DNA of 63,413 bases, counting the filler, from Phoronis australis (taxonomy: Eukaryota; Animalia; Phoronida): NCBI GenBank assembly GCA_002633005.1. It is 6 parts of 6 records of this genome, joined end to end, with 100 filler letters (N's around TTAATTAATTAA, not from the genome) between each part and the next. Parts side by side here need not be neighbours in the genome. Positions count along the whole stretch, not along the records: positions 3,411 to 34,751 come from NMRA01000279.1; positions 34,852 to 36,981 come from NMRA01003838.1; positions 37,082 to 56,774 come from NMRA01000506.1; 3 more parts are not named here. The stretch is one strand, 5' to 3'. How positions within the stretch are numbered: the first letter of the stretch is position 1; each line of letters opens with the position of its first letter. A program made the translations under genes and the position numbers. The notes under the pieces were generated by a model, which was given only the letters and a program-made list of their open reading frames with translations, was not told the DNA's origin and ran no database searches. This document shows, in pieces, positions 25,851 through 39,415 of this stretch.

Positions 25851-28800
25851 ACCGAATTAAGTTATAGGTTACATGCTACAAAGTTTTCGTCTTTTTTCTG
25901 CTATAAAATTACAGGGATTTTCAACACTATTTTGTAGCTTCATCGGTGAAATCGGAAAGTCATCGATTATTTTCGTCTAATCATGCGACCCGGTGTGCGT
26001 TCATTTACGCTATGACCTACGGTAGGACCTAGCTAAAATCTTGCCAAAGATACGTGTTGTTATTCAAAGTTCACGGCAATATCTCCGTGTAATCTGAAGT
26101 CTTGCTTTTTAGCGAGGTCCTAGCGTTACTGAACCGGAGGCTGAGTTCGCTGTGCACCAGCTGTGACTAACACTAAGTTGTTAAGTCTCATTCACGATAC
26201 ACAAATTCGCTAACTCGAAACCACCTTAGCGTCACCTGATTTCAAGGTTACCTTAAGTTCCACTGAAAAGTCAACCTTTGTTTGGCTGCGAGTTAGTCAC
26301 CCCAGTTCTGGATAGATTCCTGAATGACGACCTTGAAAAGGTATTGATACCTCCCATGTGTAAAACCATTATGATTCGGTTTTGTTGTTTTTTTATTCAT
26401 GTTTGTTTCTTTGCCTATTGTTCAAACATTTACCCATTTATTTGCACCGAAGCATGGCATTTAATAGCACTGGAAGTTGAAATGATGAATACGTTTCACT
26501 TCCCGCAGTCAACAGTAACTGCCTTCAAGGACCCTCTCTAGCAATAAAGTGGGGGTAAAATATCTTACAAACGCAACTACCGGCAGCACGCTTAATAGGT
26601 CTGCCTGGCAGCAAACCAACTCCTATTGTCAAAAATATAAACCCATAAAAAAGTTCCACGCACGTTGAGTTTACAATAAACAAGCAAAATTTCGAACTCA
26701 AAACAGTGCGCTTCTCACTTGCATTGCAATAATGAGCACCAGTCCTGTATTTAATTTATATTTCCCGGCCACAGCATCGACGGAGTCTCCGAGAGTTGCC
26801 AAGAATCACTTGGCCGCGAAAAGTTACCACTTGCGACGGACAAGAGCTTTAAACCGAGATTCCATGTCAAACAAATCTCAAATATTCACGCACCGGCGGC
26901 ATTAAGTCGTGGCCACTTTTTGCCATTTATTACCGTAGCTATTTTTAGGGAAATATCCAGTTCCCATTGAGGGTCGAAAACGACGCTACGGCAACGATAT
27001 AACGAATATGAAATCCTCTGGGGGTGATGACTTAACGAGGAATCATGGTCGTCCACGATATTAAATCGCCATCATTTTGTGAAAGTTTGTTTGAAATTTG
27101 TGACTACATGTTTTCCAGTTATTTCATGGCCAACGTATGGCCCCTGGAAACATTCAATCATCAAAGTATTAATTGATCCGCGTCTCCTAGAGGGCACACA
27201 CGTCTTATCAAGTCACTTGGCAATGTTGCTTAACCAGTTTTTCCAACTGGCAATTATCGGAAGTATTTCCTTGTTTGCCAAGTTTTAATGTCAAATTACT
27301 GAGCAATGACGTTATCTCTTTAATGGCTGATAGCAAGTCCCAGATTGAAAATTCGAGGAAATTCACTACTTTACTGGTATGCCAAAATTCAAACTGGAGA
27401 CAACTTTCAGAAAATGGAAATATTTAAACGGAAATGGGCATAAAACAGGTCCTGATGGCTGCTGGACTGTTTATAATTCCTTTAATGACATTTGAAAACG
27501 CCGGACATCTAACAACTGACTGAGCTGATGTCAGAAAGAAATTGTGAACAAACCTAGTTTTTACCTGAAACTCGTTGACACTGTTTATTTTGGAATCGAC
27601 CGTGCAACCGTACAAATGTCACTTCAAAGTAGACCCGCAATGGCAGGTGTTTGGAAAAATTATCGGCGAGAAGGGTACAATTTTCAAATAGGGACTTTAC
27701 TAAGTTCCGTAAATCTGCCTCGCGTTTTTTTTTGTTTACTCACAAATGTTATACACGTAGGTTTGAGAGAGAGATTGTTTATTTGTACTTGGGAACAAAG
27801 CTCAATTTGTACATGTTATATTGTTATAGTTGGTATAGATGGCAATTTCATGATCACGTAGCTGTTCTATCATTTTATCTATTTAATATTTGTTGTAATT
27901 TCTTTCACTGATGTTATTCTCTGATTATGAGTTAGAATATCAACCAATTATTTCAATGAAAACAAAAAGGGGCTTAGTCCTTAAATTAGGGCGGGTGCAA
28001 GAAAAGGTACCTATTTAGCCAAAAAACATTGAGAGTTCAACGTAGAGCTTACTCTCAACCACCGCCATTAATACCATCATCGTTTCCAGCACCATAATCA
28101 ATCAAATATGTTTACATTTCGAGCTGTGACGCAAGCTCCACTCTGAAACGTTTCAAAAAGGCAGAATTAGTTCCAGTAGTAATTGCATGTTGACCACTCC
28201 AGGATTCTAAATCTTACGAATATTTTTTCACATGTTGCCAGCACAAAGAGTCAACAACTTTTCTGAAATAAAAACTTGGCAAAATGATGTCACTAAAATT
28301 GCATAAATTCCTATAAATTTGTATTGAAGGCAACGGTAACCTTCTTTGTTTTGTTCAAAAACGTTTTGTTAGTCTTTTTCGGAGGAACACCAAAATAGTG
28401 GGCATCATAGTGATGAACAAATCAACATTGCGGTCAAAGAACTTTAAGACGTTTGAATAGCTAAAGCTGTGTCATTTCCTGTCATGAACTCGGAATTTTA
28501 GGGGTCACTTTAGCGTTTCCTCACAGAGGAATACCGTGGAGTCGTGAGAATGTATGGAAGACTTGAAATTAAACTAGTGCATCTTAATTATCATGGTGTA
28601 TTTAATAAATTTTGTTTGAAAGAGAAAGTGCTCCCCAATTACACCTATGTAGAATCGAGAATACCCCGCGAGTGCAAAAGAGTGTCCATTAAAATTGTAA
28701 GCAGAAAATAATGTCGTGTGTTGAATTAATTTTGTTTATGAGTGGACCAGATACCAACCGGCTTTGAAAGATTTACATGATTGTGACAACATTAATTAGA

Positions 28801-29786
28801 GACACTGGCCCTTCAGTAGCACAGTTCTGGTTTTCAAGTTCCGTGTGTCAGTAATGATAGCTCCAGATTTAAACACGACAGCATTCGTAGATTTAAAAAT
28901 GTCACTTAAATTTGCATAGTAATTGAAAAATATGGATTTTATGACTTAACGCAGCCCACGGAATTGTTCTTTGCACCGTTTCCCCATGTGGAATACTATC
29001 CGTTCTTTATTTCATGTCTACTTTGTAGTCCGAGGTAAGTTTGAAACCAAATGTCATGGCAATGTGCTAGCTACATGGGGATTTATGACATTCGTAAAAT
29101 ACAATGATTTGTGCAATCAAACATCTGAAAAACAAAATCGTGACAGAAATGGTTCTGCAGGCTTCTGTGGGCTTACGACACATGGACTAAACATGTAAAG
29201 GATTGCTCATTAGAACTTAACTTACTGTACATGCACTCCCAAATTATCCTTTGTGACTGCAGCCCAGCCTCGATCCGAAAGTACCCGGAACACTTTTCGA
29301 ACACTCAGATGTCCTCGTGAAGGTGTTTAATATCTGCTTTTGTTCAAACCACAATCATAAAATCAAATTGATTTGGTCGAGATTGAGGTAAAAACAGCTT
29401 CAACCTAGCAACTTTCAACCGTCGTAGCACGAGACGTCTGTTTTAATCCTCAATCTGAATCTTTATAAAACGTTAGCCCTTCTTTAAGCCTGTTATCAAA
29501 GGGTTTCTACGGCACTCTACTTTTTGGAAGTCACATGACTTGCTGTTACAATTGAGATTCACATACTGTCAGGAGTTGACGGATAGTAGTGTCGATTAGC
29601 TAACTTATACCACTTGACTATTCCTTAAAGGTTAGGCCAGCTGATATGCAATTGTTTATAATCAGAATTATTGCTGTACGTTTTCCTTTACGCAAAATTA
29701 GTTAAACCCACGGCACTTGTCGTTGTTGATTACATGTATCTGTATTCCATTCCATTCGTATGTCATCATTTTGGATAGTGCATACC

Positions 29787-29947
29787 CAGGGGTGGATCCA
29801 GGATTTGAGTTGGGGGGGGGGGGACACGGCAGAGTATTAACCAGGAATTTGCCTCTCAGACATTTGCACCCCCGAACTACCAAATGGAATCTGGGAGAAT
29901 TTTATGGGTTCCATGGTCCCGTTGGCCCTCTTCTAAATCCGCTACTG
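29787..29947. mobile_element. hAT-type MITE with 5-bp TSD
   Basis: TIRs CAGGGGTGGATCCAG / CTAAATCCGCTACTG flanked by ATACC on both sides. Confidence 0.75.
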
Positions 29948-29959
29948 ATACCATCACCC

Positions 29960-30470
29960 ACATCTGAGAGAGTTGCTGGCCATCTGCACTATAACCATTT
30001 CGCCATATAAATGGCAAACTGTCGTTCACAAAAGATGGTTTGAACATGGGCTCTCCTCTAGGTGACACTTTTTCGGAATTTTATATATCTGAAGTGAAAA
30101 AAAAGTGCTAGCAATGTGAGCGGTGGTATTCTTATCTATGTACGATATGTGGATGATATTTTTGCTTATTGTGCTTGGATGACTTGTTATCAGTACGTGA
30201 TGAACTTGAGCGTCATTCGGTTTTGAAGTTTACCCACGAGCGCCCTGTAAATGACCAAATTCTCATTTTGGACGTTAATGAGAACCATTCTCCATTTCAA
30301 TTGTCTACATCAGTTTATCACGAGCCTATTGATAAAGGTTACTGTCTTCACGCGAAAAGAGAGTGCCCTGAGAGGTACATTGTATAAGGGCGCCGTTGTG
30401 GTCAACTTAAAGAGGGCATATTTGGTGTCCTCTAATGGGCTACCTATAATAGGCTATGATTGATGACACA
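29960..30470 (+). mobile_element. Penelope-like reverse transcriptase fragment, decayed
   Basis: DGLNMGSPLGDTFSEFYI, YVRYVDDIFA, SVLKFTHE..ILILDV and TSVYHEPIDKG are PLE RT motifs in order, with frameshifts. Confidence 0.85.
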
Positions 30471-33400
30471 TTACACACTCTGTATCAGAAAGCCGTAAGT
30501 TACTGATAAGCTGTCCTCAGCTTATCTGGACAACGTATTTGGTTTCTGCTAAGACAAATATATCAATGAACTACTTCAGGAAGCCACGACTCTCACCATT
30601 TTTTGAAATTCATCTGAAGTGGAAGGAGTGGAATTTCGTTAAGTGTCAGAACACTACATCCACCTCATTTCTAGAAACTGTAGAATTTAAATAGACTTAA
30701 TGATTAAAAACTGTATTGAAATTCGTACGCGCTCGGGACCACGCAACTTTTCCAAAATTAAAAGTCTGTTTTGGGGTGTGTGTCTCTAGGAATTAAAAAA
30801 TGTCGAAAATGACTATCAAGTTCAAGTTAAAACGTTGTACACTTTGTCGTATTGAAGCAGCCACTTTAGGTAATTATTTTGATGACAAGCCAATCAGCTC
30901 AACACACATGTAATTACCGAGCTACAGTAGTTTTAAGCTTCGGGCAAATTGCCGCTGTGGGCGTGCACGTATCTCGCACCTTCTATTTTATAAAGAGTGG
31001 CGCTTAAGTATTGGTAGCGGAATGAGTAAAAAGTTTTAGAATGTCCTTTTAAGAATCGGTATAAATTTCCAGAAAACTGCAATAGACCATAAATACTCCG
31101 GCACGATTTAGCCGGTGATAGTCATTTACCGAGGAAGTGGTGAGCCAACTGTTGTGAGAGCAAGTCATTGCAACAGTTATTCGGTCACTCAGCGAGTGTC
31201 ACCTTTGCTGTAAATGACTCCAGGGTTCATTTCGAGTCTAGAGTTCCCTAAACTGGCTCTAACATTGGAACGGATATCACTACGCCGGGATGTTTTGTTT
31301 GAGTGGGCATGCATGAGTACGTTCGTTCAAGATTAACAGTTGACCAGACCAGGTGTAAAGTCGGTCATCCAATCCCACCGAGAGGTATTAGCACCAGTCA
31401 GTGGCGACCTGCGCAATCTCATTCACGGGGGAAATGTACATGTAATACACACGCGCGGATATGAAACGCCCCCGAGGGGTGATTTTAGGCTAGTGTTCCA
31501 GATGAGTCGAAAGATCACGCAGTGTAAAAATCCTTAGAATTCCGTTCAATGTCAAACCGGTAGGTCTCCTGCATGCCGACACAACGGACGTTTCAGCTAC
31601 ATGTAACCTACTTGCGTAAATATTCCTTTGTTTATAGTCAGTCGATAGTCCATTTCAACTTTTAACGATTCCCTCCTGTCTTATCAACAAAACTTCTCGA
31701 TTGTGGTAAAATATAACGCCAAGATTAAAAGTTCAAATTTCTTTTGACATCTTCACGAACTTCGTTTAGCTGCATGACGTCATGGTTAGATGGCTGAAGA
31801 ACGAACATGAAGTAAGGTCTTTTACTCTCAAAAATCGGCATCAAAATAATCTTTACTACGACAAGATTCTATTTTCGTTACCAACAAGAGCATCGAAACC
31901 ATCAGCGACTTAAAAACGCTTCATACTTTATTGGAGACGCATTGCGTGTGACTCGAGTTGCTAACGAAAATGTTACTGTTAGGTTTATTACGTTTTCGAA
32001 TTGTATTTGAACTGCAAGGATGAAAATGGTACAACGAAAAACACAAAGACATGCGTGTTTGTTTGCTTTATACACCTCGTAAAAATTTAAGGTTACCGCA
32101 GATCCTTTTCAGATGTGAAAATCCTCAACGATCCTTTCAGTCTTAATGGGTTATCGCGCGGAAGAAATTCCAAAAGACAGTTGGGTCCCAATTTGAGAAC
32201 AAGACAAAATCTAAGATTAACAATGACCACATGACCCGAACTAATTTCTAAATTTGGCTCGGTAAACGTGAAGTCAAAATCAGAGAGATTACCTAAATAA
32301 ATTTACTTTTGTCGATTGTTGTCTAGGGACTGAGAGATAAGGCCAGATTTGCAACACTGGCACTTCAACGGAGGCACTTAATATTTTAAGTACTGCTTTC
32401 GTGAAAGGCGCGGCAAAGCCTCTTCACATGCCTTTCGTTTCACCGCCGCTGGAGACTAAAAACTACCAACGATTTCATCATCGCGACAATACAGTAACTG
32501 GGGTAAAGCATAACAGGAGACGCTGTTTTGTTTTGCATTATGAGTGACATGGAGAACGTTGTCCACTCTCATAACAGAGAGGGCGTGACAAGCGTTTGGA
32601 CGGTGACGCACTATGTTAGCGCCACTGACGCAGGAAAAAAGAATGGCTGTTTGCTGTTGATAAATGAATGTCTCAAGCAAAATATAATACTGAACAAACC
32701 TGCTTGAGAATGGGAAGCATTGAAAAGGACAATGAGGAAAATTTTGTTCATGCGCGCAACATTATACGATAAAATCATGCCCGAAGCTAGTTATTGTAAT
32801 GGGATGTACGGAATTGTGATCAGCGTTCTTCCTCAAGGCGCCAACCATTCAAGCACCACCACACTGCCATGCATCCTTCAGAATCAAATAACCCACCCGA
32901 AAAGTGAATGTATACCTCTGGTTTTCGTCCCTAATTCCCAATAAGTTATAGTAACAGACACATGTACATGTATGTGTTCAGCAGGACAATGCGAAACTCT
33001 GGCCTTGGTGTTGTAAACCATAAAACAAGGAACACCAGGAACAGCAGCGACAGCAGCTACCTGGAATTTTATTTATTTTTCATGACGGGCTATTAACACA
33101 AGGACTTCTATGATCATTCTCTTGAAAAAACAAAAGTTATTTTCAACGAAAATAAAATGATCGTTTGACATTGTTTTCGGGATTATATTTTGATCTCACA
33201 AAATAAATGTGCAGAAGTATAAAATATGTGGTTGGTTAATCGTATCTCAGCCAGTTTAACAACAACCTCTTGAAAGACAGCACATCAGAGATGTATTACC
33301 AAGCTTGATCTGTACTTGACATTTTTTTAAAATGAATGTGGCTTCTGTAGTTATTATTTGTCGTATGATAAGTAAGGTATTTTACGTCGATTCCAATGTT

Positions 33401-36400
33401 TACTTTTATCTACCCAGATACGCTACCATTACACCTGTGAAGAGGTTGAAACCATTAATCATCGTATGATTTCTGTGCAGTTTTGACAACCTTGTTGTTA
33501 GGTTTCTTATATGTATACAATTTGGCACGAAATGTTTTTTGTTTTGGTTTAAAGTGCGTGTCTAATTTCTTAGGCGAGCTCTGACTTCCATCATATCTGT
33601 TTAAACACTTATTTTACAGGGATGCGCATAATAAAAAAATACTCAGACGTTCGCAGACACATCGCACAAAATGTGCTCAATTTGTTTCCTTTTTTCGCAC
33701 GACTTTTCCAGCTTCATTACAACTTGTTACCATAGAGACTTAAACAAATTCCCGAAATTTTTAATTTGAAGAGTCTCCCAACTATACGCTTAATGGCCTG
33801 CCAATGTTCAACCTCCGAACATTAGACGAACTCAGATATAATAGTTTCGTTTGTTTTCCACTGGAATTGATGAACACGACTTTTTAGATAATATTTGACA
33901 TGGATGCATGGAGCTGATCCAAGTTAAAACGGCATTAAACCGTGCTTTCTGCCAAGAACAGATTTTGCCGGTATAAGCCATTTACGGTTAAGAAATTGAA
34001 CTCAAAGCGATCTTAAGTCAAACTAGGTGTGTTTTCTGGGCTTGCAAAAACTTAAGTATGTCGTTGTTTCTTCAGAGCAAACACATAGAATTCTAGGTCA
34101 TGACGAGGCCTGAAAATTCATGAATTAAATAAAAAGTCTAAAGAACTACCAGTTCTACCCCAGGCTAGATATCACTTTCAATCTGGGTAATTAACAAGAA
34201 AATACAAATATTATAATAACAAGCTGACTAAATCAAAACTTGTCTCGACAAAGGACACGGGTTTAATGCTTCTTTACGGCATTGTCCCTTCACTAACCGA
34301 AAGCCTTTTTATACTGGGTGCATTGCTTGCGATTAAAGAGGAGCGTATGGTTGGTTAACTGTAAAACATTTGGAAACCATGAGGTGTCTAAGTCCTTTAT
34401 GTGGCATGAACGTGAGAATGTGCTTCTGAATGCGGTGCTTGTCATGTGAAAACGGACGAAGATCAAGAGAACCATGTTTATACCCAATGACACTGTTCTA
34501 CTGGGTGTGGCTTAGGTTAGACTTGGACCTTACGTCTTTCTGAAAAACATTATATGTGTGTACAAGCAGACATGCCGGATTTTTTGGTAGATGTTTGGGT
34601 ACACAGACTCGAAATAGATTATCTCGGTATATGTACACTTACTTGACTTCTTACACGTATTTGTAATATTTGACTCCAGAGCCTGCACCGCGTGTTTGCA
34701 CAAACGCTACTTTTAAGCGGCAAAATTAAAATTTTTGAAGTGACTAAATTGNNNNNNNNNNNNNNNNNNNNNNNNNNNNNNNNNNNNNNNNNNNNTTAAT
34801 TAATTAANNNNNNNNNNNNNNNNNNNNNNNNNNNNNNNNNNNNNNNNNNNNATCAGCAACCTGACAACCTGAAATTTTGCTACGGCGCAAGGACCCAATG
34901 TGCATAGGCCCCAAAAAGACTGCGGTTGGTGCTAACCAAGAAATCCAACTCAGTTGGACCGACGAAAAGAGGAGAGTAGACAACGTGGGAAGGTTTGTCA
35001 AGATGTAAAATCAAATCAAGTAACATCGTTGAATGCTTAACGCTTTCTGTTGGGTTGTGTCTATGGCACGCTACAATACAAACAATTTGAAGTTAATAGG
35101 ACAACGGACGTCCAAGCTGCAGCGAGCCGGAAACCCTCCACCGCACTTTGGTGGCGTGCAGAATCGTCTTGTCCTCCCAGAAACATATACGCGGAGGGAT
35201 TACACGGTTTTGAAAGTTGTCACTCGTGCATTGAACACAAAAAGACGAACGTAGATGAAAACCAAACGAGAACATTTGGGTCTCTGTGGAAGGCAAAACT
35301 TGAGGCTGGAGACTGGTTGTGCACTAAGGACACAGAGCAATGTTTCCGACTCATCTCGCTATGTCCAACTTGAGACCAGATATGGTCTTGTGGTCAGATA
35401 AAATGAAGGAGGTAATGCTGTTGTCGAGTTCACAGTCCTTTGTAGTGGTAAACAAAAACTGAATGGTAAATTTCAAGGAAACCAGGAATGCATCGATAAA
35501 GAATAGCTTTTGCCACAGCCTTACTCTAAACAGTTGAAGTAGGATGCAGAGAATTAGCCTATCGCCAGGATTTTGAGTGACGGCTTAACTGACCATTTAG
35601 AACTCGCCATTCTTCAAACACCTTCGTTTCCAAGCCACCATTTTACCCAACAAACAACACGTTGCCGGGTAAAACTTTGTTTGTCGACATTACACAAGGG
35701 GCACAGCTTGCGATAGGTCAATTTGCATCAAGAAGCACAAAGAGGTTTCATATATCACGTTGACACGGAAGAGATAGGGGATACAATGGAATATTCCGCA
35801 TGGTTTGAGCATCGTTATCAACAGATGTGACTCGTATGCTAAATGCCGATAACAAATTAATAACAATACTTTTATGATTTTGTCATGTGACTTCCAGTCC
35901 CACTTCCGTAGCGTTCTTCATCGAGACTTGTCTTGGTCACCAGTTTGATTACGTTAACTAACAGCAAGGCTACAGCACACACCGCCGGCGCATGTTTTTG
36001 AAATTGATATTGGGCAGTTGTTGCACTAAGTGCCTCTACAAAAGAGCGCGCGTCATTCTGAACTTACGAGAGTACTCTGAAGAAGATAGATTGAAAAAGC
36101 CTGTCTTTTGTTCAACAGCAGTTGTATTAAATTATTAGTGAGCAATTGTTGGCACTCTGCCGCTTTGATACCCAAAATGTGCACTCACCTCTTCAGGGAT
36201 TCATAACGAACATGTGACCACGTTTGGCTTAAAGCAACAGTTGCCTTTCTTAGAAAGAACACAGCTCAAAAATTGTACACGGTGCTGCCCAGTAGTATGA
36301 AAAACTACACAAGTCATGCTCATTTTGTTTTTGAAGATCTGTTAACAAAAAGCGTTTATTTAATCAAAACATTAAGTTATGTACAAACCTCTACCAAAAG

Positions 36401-37081
36401 AAGTCCCACTTAGAAATGGAAATTTAAGAAAAGATAGGAACCGTCGAAATATCTCCAAAAAGACGGAATAATGGGAAGGTGAGGTAGGAATAGTAGATAT
36501 AGCACCGCATGAATGACCGTTTCACGGTTCGTGATTTGTGGAAGATCCGTTCTCCGTAGAGGCGAGAATCCCTTAAAAACACAATAACGCGTAAAACTTC
36601 CGCGAGATTTCGCCATCTATTACAACATTATTAGCGAGATTCTTGCTTCAACCGAAGTTGCCGTTGTCTGGAAACGTAGATGTCCTTTCTGTTTTCATTG
36701 GTTGGTTTCATTTGGATGTAAAGTGACGTATCCGTATTTGTTTAAAAGTGTAGATAAGTTCCCAGGTTACCTAGTTTGTCCAAACTGTCGGTTTTACACC
36801 TTTATACGATTTTATCGTTTGTGTCGTACTTGTAAGATTTCGTTTGTGTGAAATATTGGTTAAATAAATTAAATAAAACGTGACGTGAAGTTTAACGTCG
36901 GTCGGCGGCAAAAATACACTCTACACCACATGCTGCTCCAATAGTGTGTCAAATTGACAAACTCATAGCGGATGACGCCACNNNNNNNNNNNNNNNNNNN
37001 NNNNNNNNNNNNNNNNNNNNNNNNNTTAATTAATTAANNNNNNNNNNNNNNNNNNNNNNNNNNNNNNNNNNNNNNNNNNNN

Positions 37082-38014
37082 TAGGCAATGACCATCGCCT
37101 CTGTTGGCCCGAAGCAGAGGCGATGTAGAGGCTATAGGCGCTCTGTACGCCGGAAGCTTTTCGGCGAATTATGCCTCGCACCGACTAAACCATCAAAGTC
37201 ACGTTGTTATAAATACCTTTTGCGCATAGAGGAACACCTTAGGAGGTTGTCGATGTGTTTAAGTCCTTCCAACTCAAACAAATCCTCCGGTTATGAAACT
37301 TTTTTTTCGATCAGTCCCTATTTCAGTTCCCAAAATCGTGAAATCAAAATTTTTGTGCTGCGCACGCTCCAATATTTTTACCGCGCTCGCTAGGTGATGT
37401 GACTTCATAACCTCAATAATTTTTAAATAGGCCAAAGGTGAGCCATTGTGGTCTTGTCAGTCAAATGTTCGTTTCCAAAATGCACCAGTTATACTTGTCT
37501 TTAATTGGCGTTACTTGAAACTGTTTGTATTTCAATGAATTATTGTTTGTATTTGATAAAAATAAATGCTGTTGATATGACATTTAATTGTCTTTGTGCA
37601 CATATTTGACATTTTAATGTTTAACATCACGGCAAATGCACGGCTGGTTCCCGGCAGCACGTACGCAAAGGGCGGGAACTTCAGCTGTCAAAGTTCGCCG
37701 GTAGGATCGCAACTTCTGACCTTCGGCCTGGTTAAAAAAATGAAAATTTTGATTTCACGATTTTGGGAACTGAAATAGGGACTGATCGAAGAAAAAGTTT
37801 CATAACAGGAGTATTTGTTGGAGTTGAAAGGACTTAAACACATCGACAACCTCCTAAGGTGTTCCTCTATGCGCAAAAGGTATTTATAATAACGTGACTT
37901 TGATGGTTTAGTCGGTGCGAGGCATAATTCGACGAAAAGCTTCCGGCGTACAGAGCGCCTATAGCCTCTACATCGCCTCTGCTTCGGGCCAACAGAGGCG
38001 ATGGTCATTGCCTA
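37082..38014. mobile_element. Long inverted repeat (~270-bp arms, 37082-37354 and 37743-38014); probable long-TIR/foldback non-autonomous element
   Basis: The arms give near-identical translations on opposite strands (MTIASVGPKQRR...) with scattered substitutions. Related GCATAATTCGCCGAAA motifs occur near 1490 and 38565. Confidence 0.8.
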
Positions 38015-39415
38015 GGCTGGCCGATGCCTCACTCACACCACAGCGTCCTCAGCTTCTGATCGTCCCCAATATACACTATAATACTACAGGCGTTCTCAGC
38101 TTCAGATCGTCCCCAATACACTACATGTAATACTACAGAGTATGACACTCAAGGCTAGAAATTCCACGGGTGCTTCGATTCAGCCGTCCATAACAAACTC
38201 ATAACTCAATAAATTTACACAAAACGGATTCAACAAACCATGAGAAATTGTTCTTTGTTATATAATACCATTCACAGTGTCCTGCTCCAGCGAGTTCTCA
38301 AGAAATTCGCAGTCAAAGCACAAAAATGTTCCCAAAAAGCCCACACACATGTCGCACTTTGACGGTTTGAGGTCAAGGACGGTACGGAAATTATTGATGA
38401 GTTATGGATGGACGGCTAAGTGGAGAGTTATCGACATTGTGACTTTACGCGACAAACCGTACCTTGTAGTGTTATATGTAGTGTATTGGGGACGCCTGTG
38501 CACTCACACTGCTTAAACCATCAATGTCACGTTGATGCTTTAATCACCAACCAAATCAGTGTGAGGCATAATTCGCCGAAATGCTTCCTGTGTACTGGGG
38601 CCAGCTAGAGACGGTGGTTACTGTCTTCGTGTAGAGCTAACAACTGGTGGGGTGCATCCAAAATCTGGGAGTCAACCGACACTCACTTTGCCCGTTGCAG
38701 TCGTTTTTGTGAAAAATAATCTAATAAATGTCATTTTTCTTGCATATAACTCTCCGCCGTTTTTTTTTCACTTTAATGGCTGCACGGTGTGTGTCAGTTG
38801 ACTCTCACATTTTGAATGGACCCCTTCCGGTCTTTAGCTTTACACGTTGATACAAGTTTCACAACAAGGTGACGAGCGAAATTACTGGGACGGTGTGAAA
38901 TTTCAAGGTCTTGGAGCGCAACACGCAGTGGTTCGTAGTTGTATTTTGACTATAGTCTTCATACAGCTACCTGGTTGGCTACTTTTGCACATAGTAGAGG
39001 GACACCTTGGGAGGCCATTGGTGTCTAACTCCTCTCAGCTCAAACAAATGCTTCCACAGTTAAACTTTTTTAACAGTCAGTTGCCCAAATCGGCAACTGA
39101 ACCAAGGACTGGCAACTGGCGATTTTTGCAGTGTTCACGCCGAGGGATATGGCGACATATCCCCATGTGGCGTTCACATTGCAATTGCCTATGTAGAACT
39201 CCGTAGCTGGTTTTTATCAAAAATTTGCAAATTAAATACCACCGGGAAGGCAAAGAGTTTCAGGTCACGCATTCGTGGGCATTTGTTGCAGTCCGCAGCA
39301 CAGCAGTAATACTTCGTTGGCATTACAAGGACGAATAGAGTAATGCAACCAAGAAAAACTTGTAAAGAATCAGACAACAACCACTGGTTCTAATTGTTGA
39401 AAGTTGTGTTTCCAG

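Noticed and set aside
35033-35254. TRMT6 exon 1 (DYTVLK resembles DFVVLK)
   Set aside because: Similarity limited to a few residues and no convincing donor.
37088-38008. Pair of ~100-aa ORFs as duplicated genes
   Set aside because: They are the two arms of an inverted repeat; no domain or splice support.
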